A stretch of 64,000 nucleotides of DNA from NCBI RefSeq assembly GCF_009914755.1, contig NC_060928.1; one strand, 5' to 3'. The number at the start of each line of letters is the position of its first letter. The stretch's first letter is position 1. Source of the DNA: the human T2T-CHM13v2.0 reference genome, Homo sapiens. Under the pieces are notes generated by a model, which saw only the letters and a list, made by a program, of their open reading frames with translations, ran no database searches and had not been told where the DNA came from. Positions 40,411-56,886 of this stretch are shown piece after piece. A program made the position numbers and the translations under genes.

Positions 40411-40699
40411 AGGGTCTGCATTTCTAGTTAAGTTTCTGTGCGAGGCCGGTGCTGCTGCTCCTTGGAGCTCACATTGAGAAGCAAAGTATCAGACTTTAAC
40501 ATTTCTTTATTTATGGGAAGTATTTGAGTCAGAAAAAAACACATCCCTGCTCTGCTACCCTTTAATTGTGTCTGTTGAGACATGTGGCTTTCTGAGCTTC
40601 AGTATCCTTACCTGCAAAACTAAGATAACAGCACGTGCACATTTTAGACATTAATTCAATAATATAGTGCATCTAATTTTTTCATGTATGTTTCGAATA

Positions 40700-41296
40700 T
40701 AAAATCTCTCTTTTCTGCCATTTATTTTGCTAACATTTACTCCAAAACTTTTAAATATGTGGTTTAAGTTTATGGCATACTTCACAATTACATGGTCAAC
40801 TTTATCAATATTATTACTCATTGTTTTTGTTTTTTAGTCTTGCTTAAAAAGAGTTTCCCTAAGACAATATTATATTTTTTAAATGCATATTTTCTCCCTG
40901 TGTTTTAAGGGTTACTGTCTTTTTTTCTTTAGCCTGTAAGTTCTTTATCCTTCTGGAATTAATGTTGTTTAAGAGAGTGAAGTAGGGATTCAATTTATTT
41001 TTCTCCCAAAGATTAGCCAGCTATCACAACACTATTTATTGAATAATCTATTTTTTTCTACTGCTTGAAATTTTACCAATTTTTATAAGCCAAATTTTCT
41101 ATATATATAAAATTCTATTTTGGATCTCTTTATTTTGTTCCACTTTTTGGTACACTTATCTCCAAATCAATACACCTTCATTGTGCTGGCTTTAAATTAT
41201 GTTTTATATTCAGTAGTTCAAAATTTTTCTTAACATATTTATTTTAGAATTCTCCTAATTCTAAATATGTAGTATTTCACATAAATTTCCAGAGAA
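40700..41296 (-). mobile_element. Ancient L1M ORF2 3' fragment
   Basis: TTAGCCAGCTATCACAACACTATTTATTGAATAATC. Confidence 0.6.
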
Positions 41297-41600
41297 ATTT
41301 TTCTTTCTTTTTGTTTTTTTGAGACAGAGTCCCACTGTGTCACCCAGGCTGGTGTGCAGTGGTGCGATCTCAGCTCACTGCAACCTCTGCCTCCTAGGTT
41401 CAATGATTCTGGTGCCTCAGCCTCCTGAGTAGCTGGGATTGGAGGCACCCACCACCATGGCTGGCTAATTTTTGTATTTTTAATAGAGATGGGGTTTCAC
41501 CATGTTGGCCAGGCTGGTCTTGAACTCGTGACCTTCAGTGATCCGCCCGCCTCAGCCTCCCAAAGTGCTGGGATTACAGGCACGAGCCACCATGCCCATC
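41297..41600 (-). mobile_element. AluS-type SINE
   Basis: Full Alu dimer on minus strand. Confidence 0.92.
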
Positions 41601-44244
41601 TCTCTTGTTGAGATAGTTATAGCTTATTTTTATATGTTCTAACAATATCAAGATGTTGTTATCTTAATCTTGAATTCTATTTGTTTTTCATTTTTTGTAG
41701 TACTAATGCTAACTTGCTTATATGTTATCTTAAAATAAGCGAGTAGATAGAACTTCTGCAGTTGACCATAAACTGGAAGAATAAATGAATAAAAAGTGAT
41801 GTATTAATAGTTAAATTTTGGCTAAATTATATCATTAAATTGGAACATAGTAGTCATCATTGCAAATCACATACTTTTTTCTCAAACTGTGTACAGTTCA
41901 AACTTCATATAATAAAATTTATGTAGCTACTATTAAAATACAAGCTTGTTTCAGTAATTTTTTGAATTTCATATAGTCTCTGTTCCTTACATATTCAAGG
42001 ATTTATAGCATCAAAAACTTGCTCCTGCTTTGGTGGTAACATTGGCTATCTTTGGTTGGCACCAGGCTCCTGCAGTACTTTCTGTGATTAACATCAGAGT
42101 TATTAACTCAGAAATCAAGTTCTCTACATTTTACTTGGCTCTAGTGAACAAAAGAGCTATAGCACATAGATGGTTGAAGAAAAAAGTATTCAGTATTAGC
42201 CATGAATGATTGTTAAGAAGCAGAGATATCTGCTTCTCCAAATTAAATGTAACATGAGCACACTAATTAATTTAGTATAAACTGTGACCTCTTGTGGCAG
42301 GATTCTTGACATTGTTTCATTACATTTATGCTCAGTATTCTCTGGCTAATGATTAGTTTAAAGGGATTTGTCACTATCTTAAGACCAATGTGGCAGAAAA
42401 CAGTTTTCTTGGCAATTTTGACGCATTGTAAGAATAGAGGTAATGAAACTGTTTCACCCTAATCTGTAGAATCTGTAGGGCTTTGGCTTTTGGCATTTAT
42501 AAAAAGCCTCCTTCTGTTTGTTTAAGGTACAATATTATTTGTACAGTTCAAATGGAACTTTTAATGATGTCTTTGTAATTATTTATTTTTTACTTCATTT
42601 GCAAGATAAAAATCTCTTTTCATGTGCCCAAGCAAACCAAAGTTTGTGAAGGGAAACAGCATTCTTGAATTTCTTTTTCTCCTACTTTTTAAAAAACAGA
42701 ATGGTCTGTTTTGTGGAACAGCAGGTTTTTGTGCCATTTCAGATGGCATTGCATGTGGCAGAATAGACCCCATTCACATTTTCTGTGGGACAATTTGCAA
42801 AGGCACCGTGCTGTGAGAACCTTTTTTAAGAGGAGGGTCTGTAGGGGCAGGCAAAGGGCTATACAACACCTGTAGCAAGACACAATCTGTTCAGGACTCA
42901 GATCTGATTTTACACTTTGTTTTATTCCCCATAAGTATTCAGCATATGTTCTTTTCTGTGAAAAATAAAGGGCTCCCTCAGATGGTACATATCAAGTGAG
43001 CTCAAGGAGGCTAATAGATTAACTCCAATCAATCTAAACACTCCCTCGTGAGATCTTAATGCTGGTTATTCACTACCCTTGCTATGATGATGTTCATTTT
43101 ATTAGAGCATATAGCTCAATAGCCAGAGAGCACAATCTTTTTACTGTGAAAATCTTTCTGCATGCCTTCTTTTCTCAGGAAGAAAGCAGCAGTAAAATGG
43201 TATGCATTCCCTTTACAAGACTCACAGTGAATCTGGAATAACAGAAATAGGTTTTCCATTTTAAATAGCTGAAGTGAATGTCTAATCTTTTCCTGGGCCT
43301 GGTAGTACATTCTGTGGACTGGAATTTTTAAATACAGTGTTTCTAAGCCCCAAGGCTCTGCTGTGTTTCTTTCAGTCTCCTTTTTCCCCTTCTATTTCTA
43401 AATTAGAGTAGTTGGGTCTGCACAGAGACACGTACAGTAGTGATGCTCTGTGGTTCAAGTCAAAGAATGTTTAGTCTGGATCCCACAGAGGCCCACAATT
43501 CTCAGCACACAAACAGATACAGAAAAGGGAGAAAGCAAATGTAGCATCAAAGAAAACTTCTGAATATAGACACCACCAAAAAAAACCAGCTCTGTGTTAG
43601 CCCAATAAAGAGAGAAATAACAAGGGTTTTGAATGCTAAAATATAGAGGATTGTATGAAAGGGAGGGAAACATACACAGAGTAGACAAACTGAATAAAAG
43701 TATTTATCTTTAAACCACGCAAGTCATGGTAATTAAATTAGGTCAGACTGGTTACAATGCTACAAAAAGCAGGCTGTAACTAATTTCAAAAGGAACAGAA
43801 AAGACTTGAAAAGAAAACAGATTGACAGCTCCTGATTTTTTTTTATCCAATCAAAGCAACCCAACATCAAAAAGTGGGAAGAGAAACCTGATTTAGCAGG
43901 AAATTTGTCTCATTATAATATGTAAACTTTGCATATATATTCAAGATCAGCTCAGAAATATGGGAAATTATTATTTGCTCTATGTGAAAAACAAAAGTAT
44001 ACACATGAAGTTTGCCATTTGAAGGAAACTAATTGATTATAAAAAGCCTCTGCTCCTTAATAGCTCAACTTCTATTACAAATGCCACAATCAATCTGTAT
44101 ATTGTAACAACTTAGGGGCTTTCTCCCTGTCAGTATATTCTGCATTCAGTTGTTTAATACAAACTCTGAAAGTATTATATGAACAAGAGAACGTTATGAG
44201 GCGTTTCTTTCAAATTGTCTTAATAAAGACCACTTGCTGATGCC

Positions 44245-44789
44245 TATTACAATGACTTTTAAACATAGTTTCAAATATTTACTTTAAATGTAAATGTGCC
44301 AAGTTGTAAAATGACATTTGGAACATGAATTTGGGGATGGGAGAAAATAACAAAGGCAGACTTTTATTTGGAGTGCATTCTATATTTTTAAAAGAATGTT
44401 TAAAATGTTTCACATTCTTCCTTTCTTTAAAATAATTAGTACAAGATTGGGAAGATTTTTATTAGTTTAATTCTTTTAAGTAGGAAAATCACTGAATACC
44501 AAGCAACTAATAATGCAAAGAAACAATAATAAAATAGCTTATTAAAATCTCTTCTTTTTCATCTAATAATTAGCTTCATTTGTCTTTATGTTTCACTAAG
44601 GAGATTGGAATTATGGGGAACATTCAGTAGCTATGCAAGAGTAGATGCTGGATGAATAACAGAAGTAATTGTGCTGTCTGATCACATGTTTTAGGCATTT
44701 ACTCCCTTTTCTGTATGTCGTAGCCCAGCCTGTCTTCAGCTGCTATGTTAACTGGACCTATTTTCCTATTTATATAATGTTGTGCTCCT
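44245..44789 (+). repeat. Copy 1 of ~545-bp direct duplication flanking MER11
   Basis: Aligns to 45808-46356 with ~13 substitutions and one 4-bp indel (manual count). Confidence 0.97.
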
Positions 44790-44790
44790 A

Positions 44791-45807
44791 TATCGGGGGA
44801 ATCTGCCCCCAACATTTCAATGTAGGTTCTTTCTGTTTTTCCATAAGTGTCAGCCGGCTGAGAAATAAAGAGAAAGAGTACAAAGAGAGGAATTTTATAG
44901 CTGGGCTGCCAGGGGTGACATCACATATCGGTAGGTCTGTGATGCCCACCTGAGGCTCAAACTGGCAAGTTTTTTATTAAGGGTTTCAAAAGGGGAAGGG
45001 GTGTAAAACAGGGAGTAGGTACAAAGATCACATGCTTCAAAGGGCAAAAAACAGAACAAAGGTCACATGCTTCTGAGGGAATAGGACAAAGGCAAAGCAG
45101 AACTACTGATAAGGGTCTATGTTCAGCCATGCATGTATTGTCTTAATAAACATCTTAAACAACAGAAAACAGGGTTCAAGAGCAGGACCCGGTCTGACCA
45201 CAAATTTACCAGGGTGGAGCTTTTCCCCACCCTAATAAGCCTGAGGGTACTGCAGGAGACCAGGGCATATCTCAGTCCTTATCTCAACCAAATAAGACAG
45301 ACACTCCCAGAATGGCCATTTATAGACCTCTCCCCAGGAATGCATTCCTTTCCCAGGGTATTAATAGTAATATTCCTTGCTAGGAAAAGAATTTAGTGAT
45401 ATCTCTCCTACTTGCACGTCCGTTTATAGGCTTTCTGCAAGAAGAAAGATATGACTCTTTTTGCCCAACCCCACAGGCAGTCAGACCTTACGGTTGTCTT
45501 CCCTTGTTCCCTAAAAGTCGCTGTTATTCTGTTGTTTTTCAAGGTGCACTGATTTCATATTGTTCAAACACACATGTTTTACAATCAATTTGTACAGTTA
45601 ACACAATTATCATAGTGGTCCTGAGCTGATGTACATCCTCAGCTTACGAAGATAACAGGATTAAGAAACTAAAGTAAAGACAGTCGTAAGAAATTATAAA
45701 AGTATTATTTGGGAACGGATAAATGTCCATGAAATCTTCACAATTTATGTTCCTCTGCGGCGGCTCCAGCCAGTCCCTCCATTCGGGGTCCTTGACTTCC
45801 TGCAACA
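44791..45807 (-). mobile_element. MER11 solo LTR (HERV-K11/HML-8)
   Basis: Reverse strand begins TGTTGCAGGAAGTCAAGGACCCCGAATGGAGGGAC and ends TTCCCCCGATA; 1017 bp. Confidence 0.92.
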
Positions 45808-46356
45808 TATTACAATGACTTTTAAACATGGTTTCAAATATTTACTTTAAATGTAAATGTGCCAAGTTGTAAAATGACATTTGGAACATGAATTTGGGGA
45901 TGGGAGAAAATAACAAAGGGAGACTTTTATTTGGAGTGCATTCTATATTTTTAAAAGAATGTTTAAAATGTTTCACATTCTTCCTTTCTTTCTTTAAAAT
46001 AATTAGTACAAGATTGGGAAGATTTTTGTTAATTTAATTCTTTTAATTAGGAAAATCACTGAATACCAAGCAACTAATAATGCAAAGAAACAATAATAAA
46101 ATAGCTTATTAAAATCTCTTCTTTTTCATCTAATAATTAATTTCATTTGTCTTTATGTTTCACTAAGGAGATTGGAATTATGGGGAACATTCAGTAGCTA
46201 TGCAAGAGTAGATGCTGGATGAATAACAGAAGTAATTGTGCTGTCTGATCACATGTTTTAGGCATTTACTCCCTTTTCTGTATCTCGTAGCCTGGCCTGT
46301 CTTCAGCTGCTGTGTTAAATGGACCTATTTTCCTATTTATATAATGTTCTGCTCCT
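45808..46356 (+). repeat. Copy 2 of direct duplication flanking MER11
   Basis: Starts TATTACAATGACTTTTAAAC immediately after the LTR terminus. Confidence 0.97.
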
Positions 46357-47803
46357 CAGGAATTTTGACTTTAGCAGGAAATGCTAGTGCATACAAATAC
46401 ATATGACATCATAGTTTTATTTAATCATAGTTTCACCTTTCTGATATATTTTTAGAGCATGTTTAGTTCTTCTCTATTTGCTGGAGGCCTTTCCTGAAGT
46501 GTGATTTGGGGATTTCACAGGGTGGGCCAGTGGCGATTGCTGTTAATGTCATTGAGTTCAGGGTGGGGTGCATAAATGTCTATACCCAGGAAGCATAGAT
46601 ACCATTGTTACTATCAGAAAAGACTGTGTTGAATATAGGTGAGTCAAAGGGAGGTGAGAAAATCCTGGGTAGGAAACAAGCCATGTTTAAAGTCTACTAT
46701 GGCTACTGATAGCACCAACATCCATTAACTTAACTCTCACTGATCCCACCCATGCATCCAGAGGCAGCAGTATGGAGAACGTGGAGGAGGCAGACGCTGC
46801 TGTACTAACATCTCCACATAGTGCCAATGGTGTGTACCCCAATTCTTCATGAGGGTAGGCATCCCATGGGGTTGTGAAAAATCTTGCCGGTGTTTCTCTG
46901 CAGCAGTCTTTCCAGTACCCAGAGATCTTAGCAAGATCTACTGTGTCTGTTAGGACACTGGAAGAGATATCTGTGTCCTTGTTAGCAGGATGCAGTTGCT
47001 AATTTTCCATCTGCCTCACACAACATCACAACCATCTCAAATAACCATTTGAATTTTTACTATGTGCCTCCTTGCTAAGTTTTGTTTTGCAAGGAAAGCA
47101 ACATAATAGGGGAAGTGCATCAAGGCAGAAAAGGGTGGATTTGCAGAAGGAAGAGGGAGGGCAAGCCAAGGAGAAAGATGTGGAAATTGAAAGAGACTGC
47201 ATGTTTTAGAAAATAGGCAGAACAAAAGAGCTAATGTGACCCATGCCCCCTTGTGAAGGTCTGCATCTGTGGTAACAAGGTTCTGTTGTTGGGTATTCAA
47301 CCTTGTAAACGGAGCACCCGAGGGCCCAGAATGGGGGTGGGTGGGCCAGAGGAGAAGGGGAACAATCTCCTTTCCCCACGTCCATGACCTGGGGCTGACA
47401 GGAAACCATTGTGCACACCCACAGTTCCAAGTGCTGGAAACAGGAGGCAGTTTCATTGCACAAGCCAGGATACGATGGAAGAAACATTTTCTTTTTAAAG
47501 GTAACATTGAAATAAGTTAGTCATTTCACCCTTAGAACTGATGTATTATATATATCTAGACAATATGTACACAGGTAGAATAGTCCTCTAAGAACTGAAT
47601 GAGAATATGAAGGAGAAATATCCATTTCACAGAAAGCACATTTCTTCATAGTGAAAACTACAGTGTAATTTTCACACTGAGATACACTCCTGTGTTAGGA
47701 TCTCCAGCAGTTACATTGACAGTATCATTTCTTTAGCCACCCTATTCCATGTTTCCATGGATCTCAGGGTTAATTTTGTGTGACAGTCTAGAATGAGGAC
47801 TCT

Positions 47804-47805
<2 letters not shown>

Positions 47806-47842
<37 letters not shown>
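47806..47842. repeat. (CA)n microsatellite
   Basis: Directly visible, uninterrupted. Confidence 0.95.
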
Positions 47843-47845
<3 letters not shown>

Positions 47846-48838
47846 GCTGGAATTACTAGCTTTGTGATAATGAGTATTTGGTTCACTCTATAGGAAGACA
47901 CAATAAGCACTCAATAAATGTTAGCTACTGTGGCAATATGACTCTCAAGAAATTATAACTTAGATTGCGGTGTTCAGCAGTTTGGGATTTTCGGCTGTAA
48001 TCTTGATATTACATCAGATTACGAATCTTCTCAGATTGGAAGGTGCTTTAAGGCAAGGATTATGTTTTATTTATCCTTTTGTGTCCAGTTTTTAATGGAA
48101 TACCTGGCACTGAGAAGGGGGTTGAGGGATGGCTGAATAAATGATTGGATGAATGAAGGAAATAAAAGTTGTTTTATGCTGACAAATTTATTTTTCAGTT
48201 GAGTGATGGTTATGCTTTTAAAAAATTCAGCAGTATTCTGGAGGAATGGAAGTCTTTAGACACACTCTCAAAAAATAGGCTTGGCTCAAAACCTTCTAAA
48301 ATCCTCAAATAAACCTTTCAACACATTAGTAGCTGTCATCTTTTTTAATCTAAAACACTCTTGGTATTCTTAATTATTACATTAACTTCCACAATCTCTT
48401 GGAATGCTAATCTGGTGTACAATCACTTAGCTTACAGCTTTACCAGGCATTTAGAATTAAATCCCTATAGGTTTCCATCATAGAGTGTGTAAGACATATT
48501 TGTTACTTGGATAACTCTCAAAGAATAGGAAACTTGTGACAATGTCCTAGAAGCCTCCTTCAAATTTTTGTGGTCTAAATGTGTATTTTGTTTCTTCGTA
48601 GTATTTTCTGTTATTACTGTCATGTTGCTCTAAACAGTAATTCTATATTTAACTCTATTAAATATTAAAGCTGGGGTTCCTAACTTGAGATCAAATATTA
48701 CTCTAAGTTCTATTTTACATTGATTTCTTGGAAACTGGTGCAGATATTTCCAAAGAAATTACATCTTATAATGAATATTGAGTATCCCTACCCAGTGAAA
48801 AAAATCCTTTGCTTATTAATAATATGGGAATTCATAGG

Positions 48839-49221
48839 TGCTATGGTCTGAATGTTTGTGTCTCCTCAAACTTCATATGTTGAAATCCCAAACCCCAAGG
48901 GGATGGATTAGGGGGTGAAGCATTTTGGTGGTGATTAGGTCATGGTGTTCAGCGGCATAACAGGGGCAGAACTGTTATGAATGGGATTAGTGCCCTTATA
49001 TAACAGGTCCCACAGAGACCCTCACCTCTTCCACCATGTGAGGATGCAGTCAGAAGACAGCTGTCCATGAATCAGGAAACAGACCCTAACCAGATTCCAA
49101 ATTGGCTGGTGCCTTGATCTGGGACTTCCCAGCTTCTTGAACTGTGAGAAATAAATATCTGCTGTTTGTAAGCTATTCAGTTTATGGTATTTTGTAGTAG
49201 CAGTGCAAGCAAACTAAGATA
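48839..49221 (+). mobile_element. MLT1A-type MaLR solo LTR
   Basis: TGCTATGGTCTGAATGTTTGTGTC...GAACTGTGAGAAATAAAT...ACTAAGA. Confidence 0.88.
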
Positions 49222-49605
49222 TAAGAATACCGTAGTGTTTTGAGAGTATGGACAGTGGACTCAGACTGCTGTAGTTATCCTGCCTCTGTCAGTGCTAAAT
49301 GTCTGTCCTTAGACAAAACAATGATCTAAATTAGACAAAACAATGATCTAAATTATGTTCAATAAATGATATCATTTTAAAATATAACTTTTAATTTAGG
49401 TACAGTATACATACAGAAAAGTGCATAGATCCTAAGTGAACACCTTGATACATTTTTACAAATTGAATACATGCATGTAACCAGTAATCAGATAATGAAA
49501 TAGAGTATCAGCCCCCCCAGAAGCTTCCTTATGTCCTCTTCCAGTAATAAGTCCCTTAGTTTTCTCTTTGTGAACTTTATGTAAATGGAATCATAAAATA
49601 TGTAC

Positions 49606-50299
49606 ACACAGTCCCTGACTTACCATGGTTTGACTTATGGCTTTTCTACTTTATGTTGGTGCAAAAGTGATATACATTCAGTAGAAGCTGTACTTGACTT
49701 TTGAATTTTGATATTTTCTCAGACTAGTGATATGTGGTACAATATTCCTTTGCAATACTGAGCAGTGGCAATGAGCTGCAGTTCCAAGTCTGCCACATGA
49801 TTAGGGTAAATAGATACTTGACTTCCTCTCAAAGAACATCACACCTGCTAAACTATCAAGCGTAGGATGCTCCAGTGCCTTCTACCAGCTGTTCTTGAGA
49901 CTCCTCAGAAGAGAGATTGATGACACTGTCTCTGCAGCTTTCTCATCATCCAGAAATTAATTTTAGTTCCATGCTTCAAACATTCTTCAGGCACAGTGAG
50001 CTTTCGGCTGTGTACGTTAATGGTGAGAACCCACACTACTATCCTGTTTTTCACTTTCAGTATGTTATTTAATATATTACATGAGATATTCAACAGTCTG
50101 TTATAAAATAGGCTTTGTATTGTATGCTTTTGCCCAACTGTAGGCTACTCTAAGTGTTCTGAGCATGTTTAAAGTAGGCTAAGCTAAGCTATGATGTTCA
50201 GTAGGTTAGGCGTATTAACTGCAGTTTCAACTTGTGATATTTCCAACTTATGATGGGTTTATCAGGATGTAACCCAATCATAAGTTGGAGGAATATCTA
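49606..50299. mobile_element. Tigger-family DNA transposon (MER47/Tigger5-like) inside an ancient L1M 3' end
   Basis: Degenerate inverted ends CCTGACTTACCATG / CATAAGTTGGAGG; internal GTAGGCTAAGCTAAGCTATGATGTTC. Confidence 0.75.
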
Positions 50300-51046
50300 T
50301 GCTCTGTTTTAGCTAACATCTTTTAATCAGTTCATGTGTGTTAGTTCATTTTGTTATGTGGACGTGTAGTTCATTTAATTTCATTGCTGTATATAATTTC
50401 ACACATGCATATACTAGAAATTATTATGTATTCTACTTTGATAAATGGTTGTTTCCAGTTTTTTAGCCACTATAAATGGCACTGCTATGAACCTTCTTAT
50501 ACATGTCATTTGGTTCATTTGTCTATGCATTTCTGTCAAATATATACTTAGAAGTGGAATTACTGAATCATAAGGAATGCATATATTTAGATTTTATCAG
50601 TTTTCCAAAATGGTTAAACCAGTTTAAATCTCACCAGCAATCAATGAGAGTTCTAGTTACTCCATATCTTTGCCAACATTTGATTTTGTTTGACTTTTTC
50701 AGTTTTGATAATTTGGTAAATGTGCAAGGGTTTCTTTGTGGTTTGAATTCTCATTTTTCAGCGGTCTTTTTTAAAAAGTTGAGCACTTTTTCATATACTT
50801 ATTGGACATTTGAATATTCTTTTTTTTTTCTTTTTTTTTTAATTATACTTTAAGTTTTAGGGTACATGTGCACATTGTGCAGGTTAGTTACATATGTATA
50901 CATGTGCCATGCTGGTGCACTGCACCCACTAACTCGTCATCTAGCATTAGGTATATCTCCAAATGCTATCCCTCCCCCCTCCCCCCACCCCACAACAGTC
51001 CCCAGAGTGTGATATTCCCCTTCCTGTGTCCATGTGATCTCATTGT

Positions 51047-54873
<3,827 letters not shown>

Positions 54874-54936
54874 TATGATGTTAGCTGGTTATTTTGCTCG
54901 TTAGTTGATGCAGTTTCTTCCTAGTCTTGATGGTGT

Positions 54937-55954
54937 TTACATTTTGGCATGACTTTGCAGCTGTTGGTACCGGTTGTTCCTTTCCATGTTTAGCGCTTCC
55001 TTCAGGAGCTCTTTTAGGGCAGGCCTGGTGGTGACAAAATCTCTCAGCATTTGCTTGTCTGTAAAGTATTTTATTTCTCCTTCACTTATGACGCTTAGTT
55101 TGGCTGGATATGAAATTCTGGGTTGAAAATTCTTTTCTTTAAGAATGTTGAATATTGGCCCCCACTCTCTTCTGGCTTGTAGGGTTTCTGCCGAGAGATC
55201 CGCTGTCAGTCTGATGGGCTTCCCTTTGAGGGTAACCCAACCTTTCTCTCTGGCTGCCCTTAACATTTTTTTCCTTCATTTCAACTTTGGTGAATCTGAC
55301 AATTATGTGTCTTGGAGTTGCTCTTCTCGAGGAGTATCTTTGTGGCGTTCTCTGTATTTCCTGAATCTGAACGTTGGCCTGCCTTGCTAGATTGGGGAAG
55401 TTCTCCTGGATAATATCCTGCAGAGTGTTTTCCAACTTGGTTCCATTCTCCTCATCACTTTCAGGTACACCAATCAGACGTAGATTTGGTCTTTTCACAT
55501 AGTCCCATATTTCTTGGAGGCTTTGCTCATTTCTTTTTATTCTTTTTTCTCTAAACTTCCCTTCTCGCTTCATTTCATTCATTTCATCTTCCATTGCTGA
55601 TACCCTTTCTTCCAGTTGATGGCATCGGCTCCTGAGGCTTCTGCATTCTTCATGTAGTTCTCGAGCCTTGGTTTTCAGCTCCATCAGCTCCTTTAAGCAC
55701 TTCTGTGTATTGGTTATTCTAGTTATACATTCTTCTAAATTTTTTTCAAAGTTTTCAACTTCTTTGCCTTTGGTTTGAATGTCCTCCCGTAGCTCAGAGT
55801 AATTTGATCGTCTGAAGCCTTTTTCTCCCAGCTCTTCAAAGTCATTCTCCATCCAGCTTTGTTCCATTGCTGGTGAGGAACTGTGTTCCTTTGGAGGAGG
55901 AGACGTGCTCTGCTTTTTAGAGTTTCCAGTTTTTCTGTTCTGTTTTTTCCCCAT
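54937..55954 (-). pseudogene. ORF1: L1 ORF1 (RNA-binding chaperone), one frameshift
   Basis: MGKKQNRKTGNSK...; +1 in the T-run at 55266-55272 splits it into two ORFs; ARR and YPAKLS motifs present. Confidence 0.95.
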
Positions 55955-56873
55955 CTTTGTGGTTTTATCTACTTTTGGTCTTTGATGATGGTGATTTACA
56001 GATGGGTTTTTGGTGTGGATGTCCTTTCTGTTTGTTAGTTTTCCTTCTAACAGACAGGACCCTCAGCTGCAGGTCTGTTGGAGTACCCTGCCGTGTGAGG
56101 TGTCAGTGTGCCCCTGCTGGGGGGTGCCTCCCAGTTAGGTTGCTCAGGGGTCAGGGGTCAGGGGTCAGGGGTCATGGACCCACTTGAGGAGGCAGTCTGC
56201 CCGTTCTCAGATCTCCAGCTGCGTGCTGGGAGAACCACTGCTCTCTTCAAAGCTGTCAGACATGGACATTTAAGTCTGCAGAGGTTACTGCTGTCTTTTT
56301 GTTTGTCTGTGCCCTGCCCCCAGAGGTGGAGCCTACAGAGGCAGGCAGGCCTCCTTGTGCTGTGGTGGGCTCCGCCCAGTTCGAGCTTCCCTGCGGCTTT
56401 GTTTACCTAAGCAAGCCTGGGCAATGGCTGGCGCCCCTCTCCCAGCCTCGCTGCCGCCTTGCAGTTTGATCTCAGACTGCTGTGCTAGCAGTCAGCGAGA
56501 CTCCGTGGGCTTAGGACCCTCCAAGCCAGGTGTGGGATATAATCTCGTGGTGCGCCGTTTTTTAAGCCCATCAGAAAAGCGCAGTATTCGGGTGGGAGTG
56601 ACCCGATTTTCCAGGTGCCGTCCGTCACCCCTTTCTTTGACTCGGAAAGGGAACTCCCTGACCCCTTGCACTTCCCAAGTGAGGCAATGCCTCGCCCTGC
56701 TTCTGCTCGCGCACGGTGCACGCACCCACTGACCTGCGCCCACTGTCTGGCACTCCCTAGTGAGATGAACCCGGTACCTCAGATGGAAATGCAGAAATCA
56801 CTGTCTTCTGCGTCGCTCATGCTGGGTACTATAGACCGGAGCTGTTCCTATTCAGCCATCTTGGCTCCTCCCC
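55955..56873 (-). promoter_or_regulatory. L1 5'UTR with internal sense promoter and antisense promoter
   Basis: Complete 919-bp 5'UTR, partly CpG-retaining, YY1-type AAGATGGC near the 5' end. Confidence 0.85.
56424..56732 (+). CDS. ORF0: L1 antisense ORF0-like reading frame (expression unknown)
   Basis: MAGAPLPASLPPCSLISDCCAS...VGVTRFSRC matches primate L1 ORF0; open for 102 codons. Confidence 0.6.
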   Translation: MAGAPLPASLPPCSLISDCCASSQRDSVGLGPSKPGVGYNLVVRRFLSPSEKRSIRVGVTRFSRCRPSPLSLTRKGNSLTPCTSQVRQCLALLLLAHGARTH

Positions 56874-56886
56874 TTGAATATTCTTT

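Noticed and set aside
47037-47507. 156-aa minus-strand ORF and overlapping ORFs
   Set aside because: Non-ATG start, no recognisable domain, overlapping ORFs on both strands; consistent with chance in a locally GC-richer patch.
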